DNA of 21,158 nt from Candidatus Eiseniibacteriota bacterium (GTDB taxonomy: Bacteria > Eisenbacteria > RBG-16-71-46). Numbering within the stretch: the first letter of the stretch is position 1; every line of letters starts with the position of its first letter. A model generated the notes under the pieces. That model was given only the letters and a program-made list of their open reading frames with translations. It made no database searches and was not told the DNA's origin. The stretch covers positions 1 through 21,158 of the forward strand of contig JABFRW010000215.1 of the NCBI GenBank assembly GCA_013140805.1. Direction: 5' to 3'. Below, one piece after another: positions 1-8,235 of the stretch. A program made the position numbers and the translations under genes.

Positions 1-212
1 AGACACTCGATCGTCTCGAACATTTCGCCGCGGCCATGGAGACGATCGCGCGCGAGGCCGCCGAGAATCCGGAACAGCTGCGCCTGGCCCCTCACACGAC
101 GCCGGTGAGCCGGCTCGACGAGGGCCGCGCGGCGCGCGACCTGGTGCTCCACTGGCGCGCCACTCCGAGGCGCCCCGCCGCGGTCTCGCAGAGCGCGTCG
201 AGCCGCTCGTGA
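1..212 (+). CDS. gcvP: Glycine dehydrogenase (decarboxylating) P-protein, C-terminal fragment (5' partial; frame 3, stop TGA 210-212)
   Basis: The frame-3 translation ...AAAMETIAREAAENPEQLRLAPHTTPVSRLDEGRAARDLVLHW... resembles the conserved GcvP/GcvPB C-terminus that I recall as (..NPLxNAPHT....YWPxVxRLDdvyGDRNL..). The ORF is open to the window edge. Confidence 0.45.
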   Translation, partial: TLDRLEHFAAAMETIAREAAENPEQLRLAPHTTPVSRLDEGRAARDLVLHWRATPRRPAAVSQSASSRS

Positions 213-628
213 TGCCCGACTCGGTCGAGTGGTCGTTTCGTCCGTGGCGCGATCGACCCGCGGTGACCTGGCGTGCACTCGCGGCCGCGACCGCTTCGGT
301 CGCACTGGTGTGGTTCGTGGTGGGTGAGACGCCATTGCGCGTGGCGCTCGGCATCGTGGTTGCGGCGAGTTTCGTTTCGGCGTGCCTGCCGGTGCATTGC
401 CGCATCGATGCCGACGGGGTTTCCTATCGCAACGCGCTCGGAATGGCGCGTCGCGGCTGGAATGAAGTCCGGCGCGCGACGATGTTCGTGGGTGGAGTAC
501 GCCTCTCTGCCTACTCGGGGCGGCATTGGCTCGCGGGGTTTCGCGACCTCGATCTGCCGCTGCCGCTCGCGGACCGCGATCGGCTGGTCGAGCGCATCCG
601 GCCGGTTCTGGCGGCCCATGGCCTCTGA
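209..628 (+). CDS. Hypothetical small membrane protein (139 aa; two predicted N-terminal TM helices)
   Basis: GTG 209 start forms a GTGA overlap with the upstream stop. There are hydrophobic stretches (ALAAATASVALVWFVVG and LGIVVAASFVSACL). The gene is coupled to the next gene by an ATGGCCTCTGA overlap. No family was recognised. Confidence 0.45.
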   Translation: MMPDSVEWSFRPWRDRPAVTWRALAAATASVALVWFVVGETPLRVALGIVVAASFVSACLPVHCRIDADGVSYRNALGMARRGWNEVRRATMFVGGVRLSAYSGRHWLAGFRDLDLPLPLADRDRLVERIRPVLAAHGL

Positions 629-929
629 TCCGATCTTGGATTCGGACGACGCGCGGCTGCTCGAGCGACTCGCCGAACGCGTGGTGGAATTGCGACTCGA
701 GACGCCGGCCCTGCTGGCGATCGAGAGCGCGCGACCTCTCGCGTTCGTGGCGTCTCAGGCGCTGGTGTTCTTCCAGCCGTTCGTCGCGATGTGGATGCCG
801 GTCGGGGCCTACGAACGCTTCGCGTTGCTCATGCAGGACCGCCGCAATGTGGACGCGCTGGCCGAGCACATCGAGTCGCGAGCCGCCGCTCGACCGCGCA
901 CCGCCGCCCGGCCGGGCCCCAAGCCATGA
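618..929 (+). CDS. Hypothetical protein (103 aa)
   Basis: ATG 618 lies in frame 3. The stop TGA 927-929 overlaps the ATG 926 of the next gene (ATGA coupling). The reading frame is the same as the real C-terminal half of track ORF 273..929. Confidence 0.45.
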   Translation: MASDPILDSDDARLLERLAERVVELRLETPALLAIESARPLAFVASQALVFFQPFVAMWMPVGAYERFALLMQDRRNVDALAEHIESRAAARPRTAARPGPKP

Positions 930-2734
930 GCGCGCCGCCGCTGGTTCGATCGATCCTCGCCACCGACTGCGGCTCGACCACCACCAAGGCGATCCTCATC
1001 GAGCGCGGCGAGTCCGGCTACCGCCTGGTATCGCGTGGTGAAGCACCGACGACCGTGGAAGCGCCGTTCGAGGACGTCACACGAGGGGTCCTGAACGCGG
1101 TCAGGGAGATCGAGGAACTGCGCGGGCGCCGCATGCTGGATGGCGATCGCATCCTCACACCGCAAAACGGCGACGAGGGCGTGGATCTGTACGTTTCGAC
1201 CTCGAGCGCGGGCGGCGGGCTGCAGATGATGGTGTCGGGGCTGGTGCTTCAGATGACGGGGGAGAGCGCCCAGCGAGCCGCGCTCGGCGCGGGAGCGATC
1301 GTCATGGACGTGATCGCGCTCAATGACGGCCGGCGACCTCACGAAAAGATCCAGAGACTTCGTCAGCTGCGCCCCGACATGATCCTGTTGTCGGGCGGCA
1401 CCGACGGCGGCGATACGCTGCGCGTGGTCGAGATGGCCGAGATCCTCGCGGCCGCCGATCCCAAGGCGCGGCTCGGCGCCGGCTACGAACTACCCGTGAT
1501 CTTTGCCGGCAACCAGGCCGCGGTGCCGATGGTGCGCGAGTGCCTCGAGAAGCGCACCGCTCTGCTGGTCGTGCCGAACCTGCGACCGACACTCGAACGC
1601 GAGAACCTGCGGCCGGCCCGCGATGCGATCCACGAGTTGTTCATGGAACACGTGATGGCGCACGCGCCGGGTTACAAAAAGCTCATGACCTGGTCGCGGG
1701 TCCCGATCATGCCCACGCCCGGGGCGGTCGGGCTCATCATCGAGAAGATCGCGAAGCGCGATTCGATCGCCGTGGTGGGAGTCGACATCGGCGGTGCAAC
1801 GACCGACGTGTTCTCCGTGTTCCAGGAAGTCTTCAACCGCACGGTCTCGGCGAATCTCGGCATGAGCTATTCGGTTTCGAATGTCCTGGCCGAAGCGGGG
1901 ATCGAGAACATCCTGCGGTGGGTGCCGTTCGACGTCGACGAAGTCGAGCTGCGCAATCGGATCAAGAACAAGATGATCCGGCCCACGACGATTCCGCACA
2001 CGCTCGAGGATCTGGTGATCGAGCAGGCGATTTCGCGCGAGGCGCTGCGGCTCGCCTTCGAGCAGCACAAGCAGCTCGCAACCGGCCTCAAGGGCATCCA
2101 GACCGAGCGCACGATCTCCGACATCGTGAATCAGAGCGAGAGCGGCGCATCCCTGGTCGACCTGCTGCAGCTCGGTCTGCTCGTCGGCTCGGGCGGCGTG
2201 CTGTCGCATGCACCGAGACGCGTCCAGTCGGCCCTCATGATGGTCGATGCGTTCCTCCCCGAAGGCGTCACCGAGCTGGCGGTCGACAGCATCTTCATGG
2301 CGCCGCAGCTCGGCGTGCTTTCGACGGTCCATGAGGAAGCCGCGACGCAGGTGTTCGAAGCCGACTGTCTGATCCGGCTGGGCTCGGTCGTGGCGCCGAT
2401 CGGCGCGGCGCGTGAAGGCCAGCCGTGCGTGACCGTGCAACTGACAGGCCCGGGAGTCGACGCCTCGCCGCGTCGCGTCGCGTTCGGCGAGCTGGTGGTG
2501 CTGCCATTGCCGGCCGACGGCAAGCTGCGGCTCACCGCCACACCCGAGAAGGGCTTCGACCTGGGTGCCGGCAAAGGCCGCCCGATCGAGACCGAGATCC
2601 GCGGCGGCGTGGTCGGCCTGATCGTGGATGCGCGTGGCCGCCGACCCTTTCAGCTTCCGTCCACGACCGCCGAGCGCATACGACGCCTGCGGGCGTGGAA
2701 TGCGGCCCTGTCCGTCTACCCCCGGGAGGTCTGA
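926..2734 (+). CDS. GlmL/MutL-family ASKHA (actin-like) ATPase, 602 aa, with a ~130-aa C-terminal extension
   Basis: ATG 926 (MSAPPLVRSILATDCGSTTTKAILIE) carries a phosphate-1 motif DxGSTxTK at the N-terminus. A second ASKHA motif, VGVDIGGATTDVFSV, lies mid-protein. This is the pattern of glutamate-mutase component L, EutA and PduG-like two-domain ATPases. The ORF track extends the frame upstream to 791, but ATG 926 with ATGA coupling is the likely start. Confidence 0.55.
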   Translation: MSAPPLVRSILATDCGSTTTKAILIERGESGYRLVSRGEAPTTVEAPFEDVTRGVLNAVREIEELRGRRMLDGDRILTPQNGDEGVDLYVSTSSAGGGLQMMVSGLVLQMTGESAQRAALGAGAIVMDVIALNDGRRPHEKIQRLRQLRPDMILLSGGTDGGDTLRVVEMAEILAAADPKARLGAGYELPVIFAGNQAAVPMVRECLEKRTALLVVPNLRPTLERENLRPARDAIHELFMEHVMAHAPGYKKLMTWSRVPIMPTPGAVGLIIEKIAKRDSIAVVGVDIGGATTDVFSVFQEVFNRTVSANLGMSYSVSNVLAEAGIENILRWVPFDVDEVELRNRIKNKMIRPTTIPHTLEDLVIEQAISREALRLAFEQHKQLATGLKGIQTERTISDIVNQSESGASLVDLLQLGLLVGSGGVLSHAPRRVQSALMMVDAFLPEGVTELAVDSIFMAPQLGVLSTVHEEAATQVFEADCLIRLGSVVAPIGAAREGQPCVTVQLTGPGVDASPRRVAFGELVVLPLPADGKLRLTATPEKGFDLGAGKGRPIETEIRGGVVGLIVDARGRRPFQLPSTTAERIRRLRAWNAALSVYPREV

Positions 2735-3855
2735 TGGCGCACTCGTACACGCCGGGGCTGCGCGTGACCTCGCACGCGGAGTTGATCCGCGAACGCCGGC
2801 TCCCGCTCAAGGGGGACGTGCTGGTGCAGGCGGGCGATGCAGTCGAGGCTCGGACGGTGGTCGCGCGGACCGACCTGCCTGGCAACGTGCAGACGGTCAA
2901 TCTCGCCGCCAAGCTGTCGCTCGATCCGGCGAAGGTGCCGTCCGCGCTGGCACGACCGCTCGGGAGCGCGGTGCGAAAGGGCGAAATCATCGCCGAGGCG
3001 AAGGGGCTGTTCGGACTCATGAGCCAGAAGGTCGAGGCGCCGTCCGACGGCACGCTCGAGAGCGTCTCATCGATCACCGGTCAGCTCATTTTTCGCGAAC
3101 CCCCACTTCCGATCGAAGTCGAAGCCTACGTGCGTGGCGTGGTCGACGAAGTGTTGCCAGGCGAAGGCGTGAGAATTCGAACCGAGGGAGCCTTCCTGCA
3201 GGGCATTTTCGGCGTAGGGGGCGAGACGCACGGACCGGTCGCGATGGTCTCGAGCGGCCCCGAAGCGGAGCTCACCGCCGATCTGCTGCGACCCGAGCAT
3301 CGCGATCACGTGGTGGTCGGTGGGTGCTACGTTTCGCACGCGACGCTGATGCGCGCGCGGGATCTCAGAGTGGCGGCGGTGGTGGTCGGTGGCTTCGACG
3401 ATCGCGACCTGCGCCAATTGCTGGGCCGCGACCTCGGAGTCGCGATCACGGGTTCTGAGACGCTCGGATTCACGCTCATCCTCACCGAGGGCTTCGGTCG
3501 CATCGCGATGGCGGCGCGCAGCTGGAATCTGCTGGCCGCCCATGTCGGCGAGCTGGCGTCGGTGAGCGGCGCGACGCAGATTCGCGCGGGCGTGATGCGC
3601 CCCGAAATCATCATTCCCCGCATCGGGGAGATGAGTGCTCCGGCGGCTGAAATGGGGAGCGGATTCGAGCTCGGCGCCCACATCCGGGTGATTCGGGCGC
3701 CCTACTTCGGACGCATCGGTGCCGTGAGCGCCCTGCCCCCCGAGCTTCACGATCTCGACAGCGGAACGCGGGTCCGCGTCATGCACGTGCGCTTCACCGA
3801 CGACGGCAGCGAGGCGCTGGTGCCGCGCGCGAACGTCGAGCTGATCGAGCGATGA
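2735..3855 (+). CDS. Hypothetical protein (373 aa), translationally coupled partner of the ASKHA ATPase
   Basis: ATG 2735 immediately follows stop TGA 2732-2734. SD GGGAGG sits 6 nt upstream. Motifs GDVLVQAGDAV and KGEIIAEAKG suggest a biotinyl/lipoyl-like barrel-sandwich fold at the N-terminus. No family was recognised. Confidence 0.55.
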
Positions 3856-3879
3856 AATGCCGCGTGGGACCCATTTCCG

Positions 3880-3914
3880 TTGACACTGCGGGAAACGTGT
3901 TGCTAGCGTCCGTC
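3880..3914 (+). promoter_or_regulatory. Candidate sigma70-like promoter (TTGACA -18- TAGCGT) upstream of the membrane-protein operon
   Basis: TTGACA at 3880-3885 and a TAnnnT hexamer 18 nt downstream lie in the 113-bp gap before ATG 3969. The -10 element is weak. Confidence 0.2.
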
Positions 3915-3968
3915 CTCAATCGGTTTCTCGGCACGGCTCGACCGGGGTCGTGCGGAGGGTGCAGGACC

Positions 3969-5183
3969 ATGGAGGTTCGTTTGCGACCTTTCCGCCTACC
4001 CGACCCGCTGCGTGTCGTTGCCCTGCTGGCGTGGGTCGTGTGTGCAGTCGCATTCGCCGGGTCCGCCGGAGCACAGGACTCCACCGGGGTCGCGCAAATC
4101 GCCCCGGCAGCGCCGTCCGGCCTCACGGTCTCCGACGTCGCCAACGACGCGGGCCGCCAGCTCGAGCTCAACTGGAAGCGTTCTCCCGACGATCGCACGG
4201 GCTCGACGCTCGTCACCTTCTATCAGATCGAACGTGCCGATCAGCCCGGCGGTCCCTGGGAGGTCGTCGACTCGGTGGCGATGGCGACCGAGTCCTACGT
4301 CGACCAGTCGGTGCGACGCGAGCAGTCCTATTTCTATCGCGTGTCCTCGATCGGGCCGGGCGGGCTGACCCCGGCGCTCAGCGTCACCGGACCGGCGGTC
4401 GCAACCTCGCAGTTCTTCAATACGGCGCGGTGGAGCGTGCTCGTCTACACGCTGGGCTTCTTCGCATTCGTGATGTTCTTCATCGCTCGAGCGCAGAGCG
4501 GACAGAAGACCTTCCTGCGTCGCATTCCGGGCGTGGATGCGATCGAGGAGGCGATCGGTCGCGCGACCGAAATGGGCCGGCCGGTGCTCTACATCCCGGG
4601 CATCCTCGACATCGACGACATCCAGACCGTGGCGGGACTCGTGATTCTCGAGAGCGTCGCCAAGCTGACGGCGCGCTACCAGACCGCGATCCGGGTGCCG
4701 GTGACGTACCCGATCCCGTTCGCGATCGCGCAGGACATGGTGAAGAACGGTTACCTGAGCGCGGGACGCCCCGACGCTCACGATCCCGATGCGGTGCAGT
4801 TCGTTTCGCCGGAACAGTTCGCCTACGTCGCGAACGTGGGCGGCATCATGCTGCGCGATCGGCCGGGCGCCCACATCTTCATGGGTGCGTTTTACGCCGA
4901 ATCGCTCCTGCTGGCGGAGACCGGCTTCCAGACCGGTGCGATCCAGGTCGCGGGCACCGCGAACGTGCATCAGCTGCCGTTCTTCGTCGTGGCCTGCGAC
5001 TACACGCTGATTGGCGAGGAATTGTTCGCTGCCGGCGCCTACCTGAGCGGAGATCCCAAGCTGGTCGGAAGCCTCAAGGCCATCGACCTCATGAAGATCA
5101 CGCTTCTTCTCACCATCCTCGTCGGCTGTGCGCTCGAAACTCTGGGCCACCACGGCTTCACGAATTGGATGGCAACCCAGTAG
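3969..5183 (+). CDS. Secreted/membrane protein with N-terminal signal peptide, FN3-like domain and C-terminal membrane-associated domain (404 aa)
   Basis: ATG 3969 with SD GGAGGG ~10 nt upstream. The signal peptide is LRVVALLAWVVCAVAFAGSAGAQD. The FN3-like segment (PSGLTV...LNWKRS...TFYQIER...WEVV...SYFYRVSSIGPGGLTPALS) ends with the Y-x-R-V motif. Hydrophobic TM segments follow (WSVLVYTLGFFAFVMFFIA and a C-terminal LMKITLLLTILVGCAL). Confidence 0.55.
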   Translation: MEVRLRPFRLPDPLRVVALLAWVVCAVAFAGSAGAQDSTGVAQIAPAAPSGLTVSDVANDAGRQLELNWKRSPDDRTGSTLVTFYQIERADQPGGPWEVVDSVAMATESYVDQSVRREQSYFYRVSSIGPGGLTPALSVTGPAVATSQFFNTARWSVLVYTLGFFAFVMFFIARAQSGQKTFLRRIPGVDAIEEAIGRATEMGRPVLYIPGILDIDDIQTVAGLVILESVAKLTARYQTAIRVPVTYPIPFAIAQDMVKNGYLSAGRPDAHDPDAVQFVSPEQFAYVANVGGIMLRDRPGAHIFMGAFYAESLLLAETGFQTGAIQVAGTANVHQLPFFVVACDYTLIGEELFAAGAYLSGDPKLVGSLKAIDLMKITLLLTILVGCALETLGHHGFTNWMATQ

Positions 5184-5191
5184 GAGCCCGA

Positions 5192-5854
5192 GTGAAGCGC
5201 GAGATTCCTCTGCTGCTGACGGGTGCGCTGGGATTGCTCATGATCCTGTCGTTCTTCGTACCCCATCAGTGGATCAGCGTGCCGGCAGATTTCATGCAGG
5301 CGAGCGCGATCGTGCTGGTGGCGTTCGGCTACGTGCTGGGAGGTGCGAACGTCCTGCGCGTGAACTTCAGCGCGATCATCAAGCAGAAGTCGGGCTGGCC
5401 CTACAACCTGGTGCTGGTGCTCGGACTGATCGCGACGCTTGCGATCGGTGCGGTCGACGGGTGCGCGAATCGGGGCGGATTCCTGAACGAGGGCACCACC
5501 TCGAAGTGGATCTACGACCAGCTCTACTCGCCGATGGCCTCCACGATGTTCGCGCTGCTCGCGTTCTACATCGCCTCGGCCGCGTTCCGGGCGTTTCGCA
5601 TCCGGACGTTCGAGGCCGGCCTGCTGGCGGTCGCGGCGCTGATCGTGATGCTCGGCCGCGTGCCGCTCACCAACGCACTGACGACGTGGGCCCCGGAGTG
5701 GATGCGGCTCCAAGCATGGCAGGAGTGGATCATGGATGTGCCGCAGAATGCCGCGAAGCGCGCGATCCTGATCGGTGCCGCACTCGGGGTGATGGCGACC
5801 GGGCTTCGCGTGATCCTCGGCATCGAACGAACCTACCTCGGCGCGGAGGAGTGA
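5192..5854 (+). CDS. Hypothetical polytopic membrane protein (220 aa)
   Basis: GTG 5192 follows SD AGGAG. There are multiple hydrophobic helices. The gene is in an operon with its neighbours, with a 4-bp gap to the next ATG. Confidence 0.5.
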   Translation: MKREIPLLLTGALGLLMILSFFVPHQWISVPADFMQASAIVLVAFGYVLGGANVLRVNFSAIIKQKSGWPYNLVLVLGLIATLAIGAVDGCANRGGFLNEGTTSKWIYDQLYSPMASTMFALLAFYIASAAFRAFRIRTFEAGLLAVAALIVMLGRVPLTNALTTWAPEWMRLQAWQEWIMDVPQNAAKRAILIGAALGVMATGLRVILGIERTYLGAEE

Positions 5855-5858
5855 GCCG

Positions 5859-6695
5859 ATGACCCTGCTCGACCGCCTCGCCCACATCGATCGCCGCTGG
5901 ATCTTCCTCGCCATGGGCATCCTGGTGCTGATCCCGCTGCTGTTCCCGCTCGCACTGCCGATCTTCGCCGGCAAACCGGTGCGCGATTTCAATGCCGCGA
6001 TGGAAACGATTCCAGCCGGCTCGACGGTGCTGATGCCGTGCGACTACGACCCCGGCGCGATTCCCGAGCTGGTTCCCATGACGAAAACGGCGCTACGCCA
6101 GCTGTGGGACAAGAACTGCAAGGTGGTGATTCCGGTGCTGTGGCCCGGCGGGCCTGGGCTCGTGGACCGCGTCGTTCGCGAAGTCGCGGCGGAGCCGCGC
6201 TACGCGAGCAAGCGTTATGGCGTCGACTGGGTGAACCTGGGCTACAAGGCGGGCAATGAGGCGGTGATGGTGCTGATGGGCCAGGGAGTCGCAAATGCGT
6301 TCCCGACCGACTTCCGGGGCACTCCGACTCGCGGCATGCCGATCATGGCCAAGGTTCGTGACTACTCGAGCTTCCCGATGCTGGTGAACATCTCGGCCGG
6401 CTATCCCGGAACCAAGGAGTGGGTGCAGCAGGTTCAGGCGCGCTTCCACATCCCGATGGTCGCCGGAGTCACCGCGGTGAGCGCTCCCGAGTTCTATCCG
6501 TACCTGCAATCCAAGCAGCTGCTCGGATTGCTCGGCGGCATGGCGGGCGCCGCGGAATACGAGAAGATCCGCAACGAGAAGGGTACGGCGACCAGCGGAA
6601 TGGACGCGCAGTCGCTCGCTCACCTGTTCGTGGCGCTGTGCATCGTGCTCGGCAACGTGGTCATGCGCCGGCGCGTCGGAGGGAGCGCCTCGTGA
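5859..6695 (+). CDS. Hypothetical membrane-anchored protein (278 aa)
   Basis: ATG 5859 has SD GGAGGAG 7 nt upstream. There is an N-terminal TM segment (WIFLAMGILVLIPLLFPLALPIF), then a soluble domain, then a C-terminal hydrophobic segment. Confidence 0.55.
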   Translation: MTLLDRLAHIDRRWIFLAMGILVLIPLLFPLALPIFAGKPVRDFNAAMETIPAGSTVLMPCDYDPGAIPELVPMTKTALRQLWDKNCKVVIPVLWPGGPGLVDRVVREVAAEPRYASKRYGVDWVNLGYKAGNEAVMVLMGQGVANAFPTDFRGTPTRGMPIMAKVRDYSSFPMLVNISAGYPGTKEWVQQVQARFHIPMVAGVTAVSAPEFYPYLQSKQLLGLLGGMAGAAEYEKIRNEKGTATSGMDAQSLAHLFVALCIVLGNVVMRRRVGGSAS

Positions 6696-7381
6696 GCCCG
6701 CACTGGTCGACCGATCCCGGCGTGTGGATTGCCGCCGCACTCACGATGTTCATCTTCAGCTTCCTCTACAAGGACAACCCGTTCTACAAGTTTGCCGAGC
6801 ACCTGTTCGTCGGAGTGTCGGCCGGTTACTGGATCATCCTCAACTTCTGGACCGTCATCGTGCCGAACCTGTGGACGCCGCTCGTGAACGGATTCGCGGG
6901 CCGGGGCACGGTGGCCGCGAACGTCGGACCACTCAACGTGTCCCAGGGCGACTACCGGGTGTTGTGGGTGATTCCTATGATTCTCGGCGTGATGCTGTTC
7001 GTGCGATTGCTGCCGAAGGGCGGGTGGATTTCGCGTTGGCCGCTCGCGGTGATCCTCGGGGTGTACGCCGGCATCAAGACCACCGGCTTCGCGCAGGGCG
7101 ACTTCGTCGCACAGGTGCAGGCGAGTCTTCAGCCGCTGTGGACCGGGCAGTTCGGCAGCAGCCTCAACGCCGTGATCTTCACGGTCGGCCTCGTGACCTC
7201 GTTGTTCTTCTTCTACTTCAGCCTCGAGCACAAGGGCGGGCTCGGCATCGCCTCCAAGATCGGCATGGCGTTCCTGATGGTCGGCTTCGGCGCGGGCTAC
7301 GGCTACACGGTGATGTCGCGCGTCTCGCTGCTGATCGGGCGCTTTCAGTTCCTGCTCGGCGATTGGATCGGACTCCGCTGA
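6692..7381 (+). CDS. Hypothetical polytopic membrane protein (229 aa)
   Basis: GTG 6692 forms a GTGA overlap with the upstream stop (6693-6695). SD GGAGGGAG lies 7 nt upstream. Several TM helices are present (IAAALTMFIFSFLY, VLWVIPMILGVMLFV, IFTVGLVTSLFFFYF). Confidence 0.5.
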   Translation: MSPHWSTDPGVWIAAALTMFIFSFLYKDNPFYKFAEHLFVGVSAGYWIILNFWTVIVPNLWTPLVNGFAGRGTVAANVGPLNVSQGDYRVLWVIPMILGVMLFVRLLPKGGWISRWPLAVILGVYAGIKTTGFAQGDFVAQVQASLQPLWTGQFGSSLNAVIFTVGLVTSLFFFYFSLEHKGGLGIASKIGMAFLMVGFGAGYGYTVMSRVSLLIGRFQFLLGDWIGLR

Positions 7382-7443
7382 ACGCGCTCCCCGCCACGGG
7401 GCCCGAGTTGCGTTGTGAAGCGCCGGGCGACGCTCCCGAGCAG

Positions 7444-8235
7444 ATGTTGCGCGATCGCGCGTTGCTCGATGAAGTGGAGAAGTCCGGAGCGATCGTCATG
7501 CGGATCTACCGCTTTGCACCCGCCGGCATCACGCTGGGCGCCCACCAGGACCCGCAACGCGAGCTCGACCTCGAACGCTGTGAGCGAGACGGAGTGCGGT
7601 GGGCGGTGCGTCCGACCGGCGGCCGCGCGATCTTTCACGACGACGAGTGGACCTATGCGTTCGCGGCGCCGATCGATCATCCCGAGTGGGGCGGAGGCTT
7701 GCTCGAAGCGTACGATCGAGTCAGCCGGGTGATCGTGAGTTCGCTGCTGCGCCTCGGAGTACCTGCGAGTCTGGCGCGTTCGGGAGGCGCGCGCGCCGGG
7801 ACGGCATCGCGCGCGGAGGTTGCCGCTCCGTGCTTCACTTCGACGGCCCGCCACGAGATCGTCGTGGCGAATCGCAAGCTGGTCGGCAGCGCCCAGCGCC
7901 GCACCGCGACCGTCTACCTGCAGCAGGGCAGTGTCCTGCTCGGCGAGGGTCATTTGCGCCTGGTCGACTACCTCAATCTCGAACTCGAGGCACGCGAGCG
8001 AGAGCGCCAGGCGCTCACCGGCGCGGCCGTCAGTGCGCGGCGCTGGCTCGGCGAACGTGCACCCCTCGAACGTTGGGCCGAAGCGCTGCGAGCGAGCTTC
8101 TCGGTCCCCGGCGAGCCGGCCTGGAGCGGTGGATCGCGCTCCCGATTGGCCCTCGAAAAACCGCCTTCCTATACTGTGTCAAACGTTGTCCCCGAAATGG
8201 CCCGCCTCCGCACTCCGGGAGAGACCCACTCATGA
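7444..8235 (+). CDS. Lipoate-protein ligase / octanoyltransferase family protein (BPL_LplA_LipB catalytic domain)
   Basis: Motifs ITLGAHQ, RPTGGRAIFHDDEWTYAF and NRKLVGSAQRR (the catalytic Lys region) are typical of the LplA/LipB family. The start may instead be TTG 7408, because RCEAPGDAPEQMLRDRALL aligns with the family N-terminus WRLxxSGxxxxAxNMAxDEAL. Confidence 0.55.
   Translation: MLRDRALLDEVEKSGAIVMRIYRFAPAGITLGAHQDPQRELDLERCERDGVRWAVRPTGGRAIFHDDEWTYAFAAPIDHPEWGGGLLEAYDRVSRVIVSSLLRLGVPASLARSGGARAGTASRAEVAAPCFTSTARHEIVVANRKLVGSAQRRTATVYLQQGSVLLGEGHLRLVDYLNLELEARERERQALTGAAVSARRWLGERAPLERWAEALRASFSVPGEPAWSGGSRSRLALEKPPSYTVSNVVPEMARLRTPGETHS
8146..8175 (+). promoter_or_regulatory. Candidate sigma70 promoter (TTGGCC -18- TATACT) for the ABC transporter operon, lying inside the 3' end of the upstream gene
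   Basis: There is a local AT-rich patch with a near-consensus -10 hexamer TATACT at 8170-8175 and a TTGxxx -35 at 8146-8151. It is ~55 bp upstream of the SBP ATG 8232. Confidence 0.25.
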
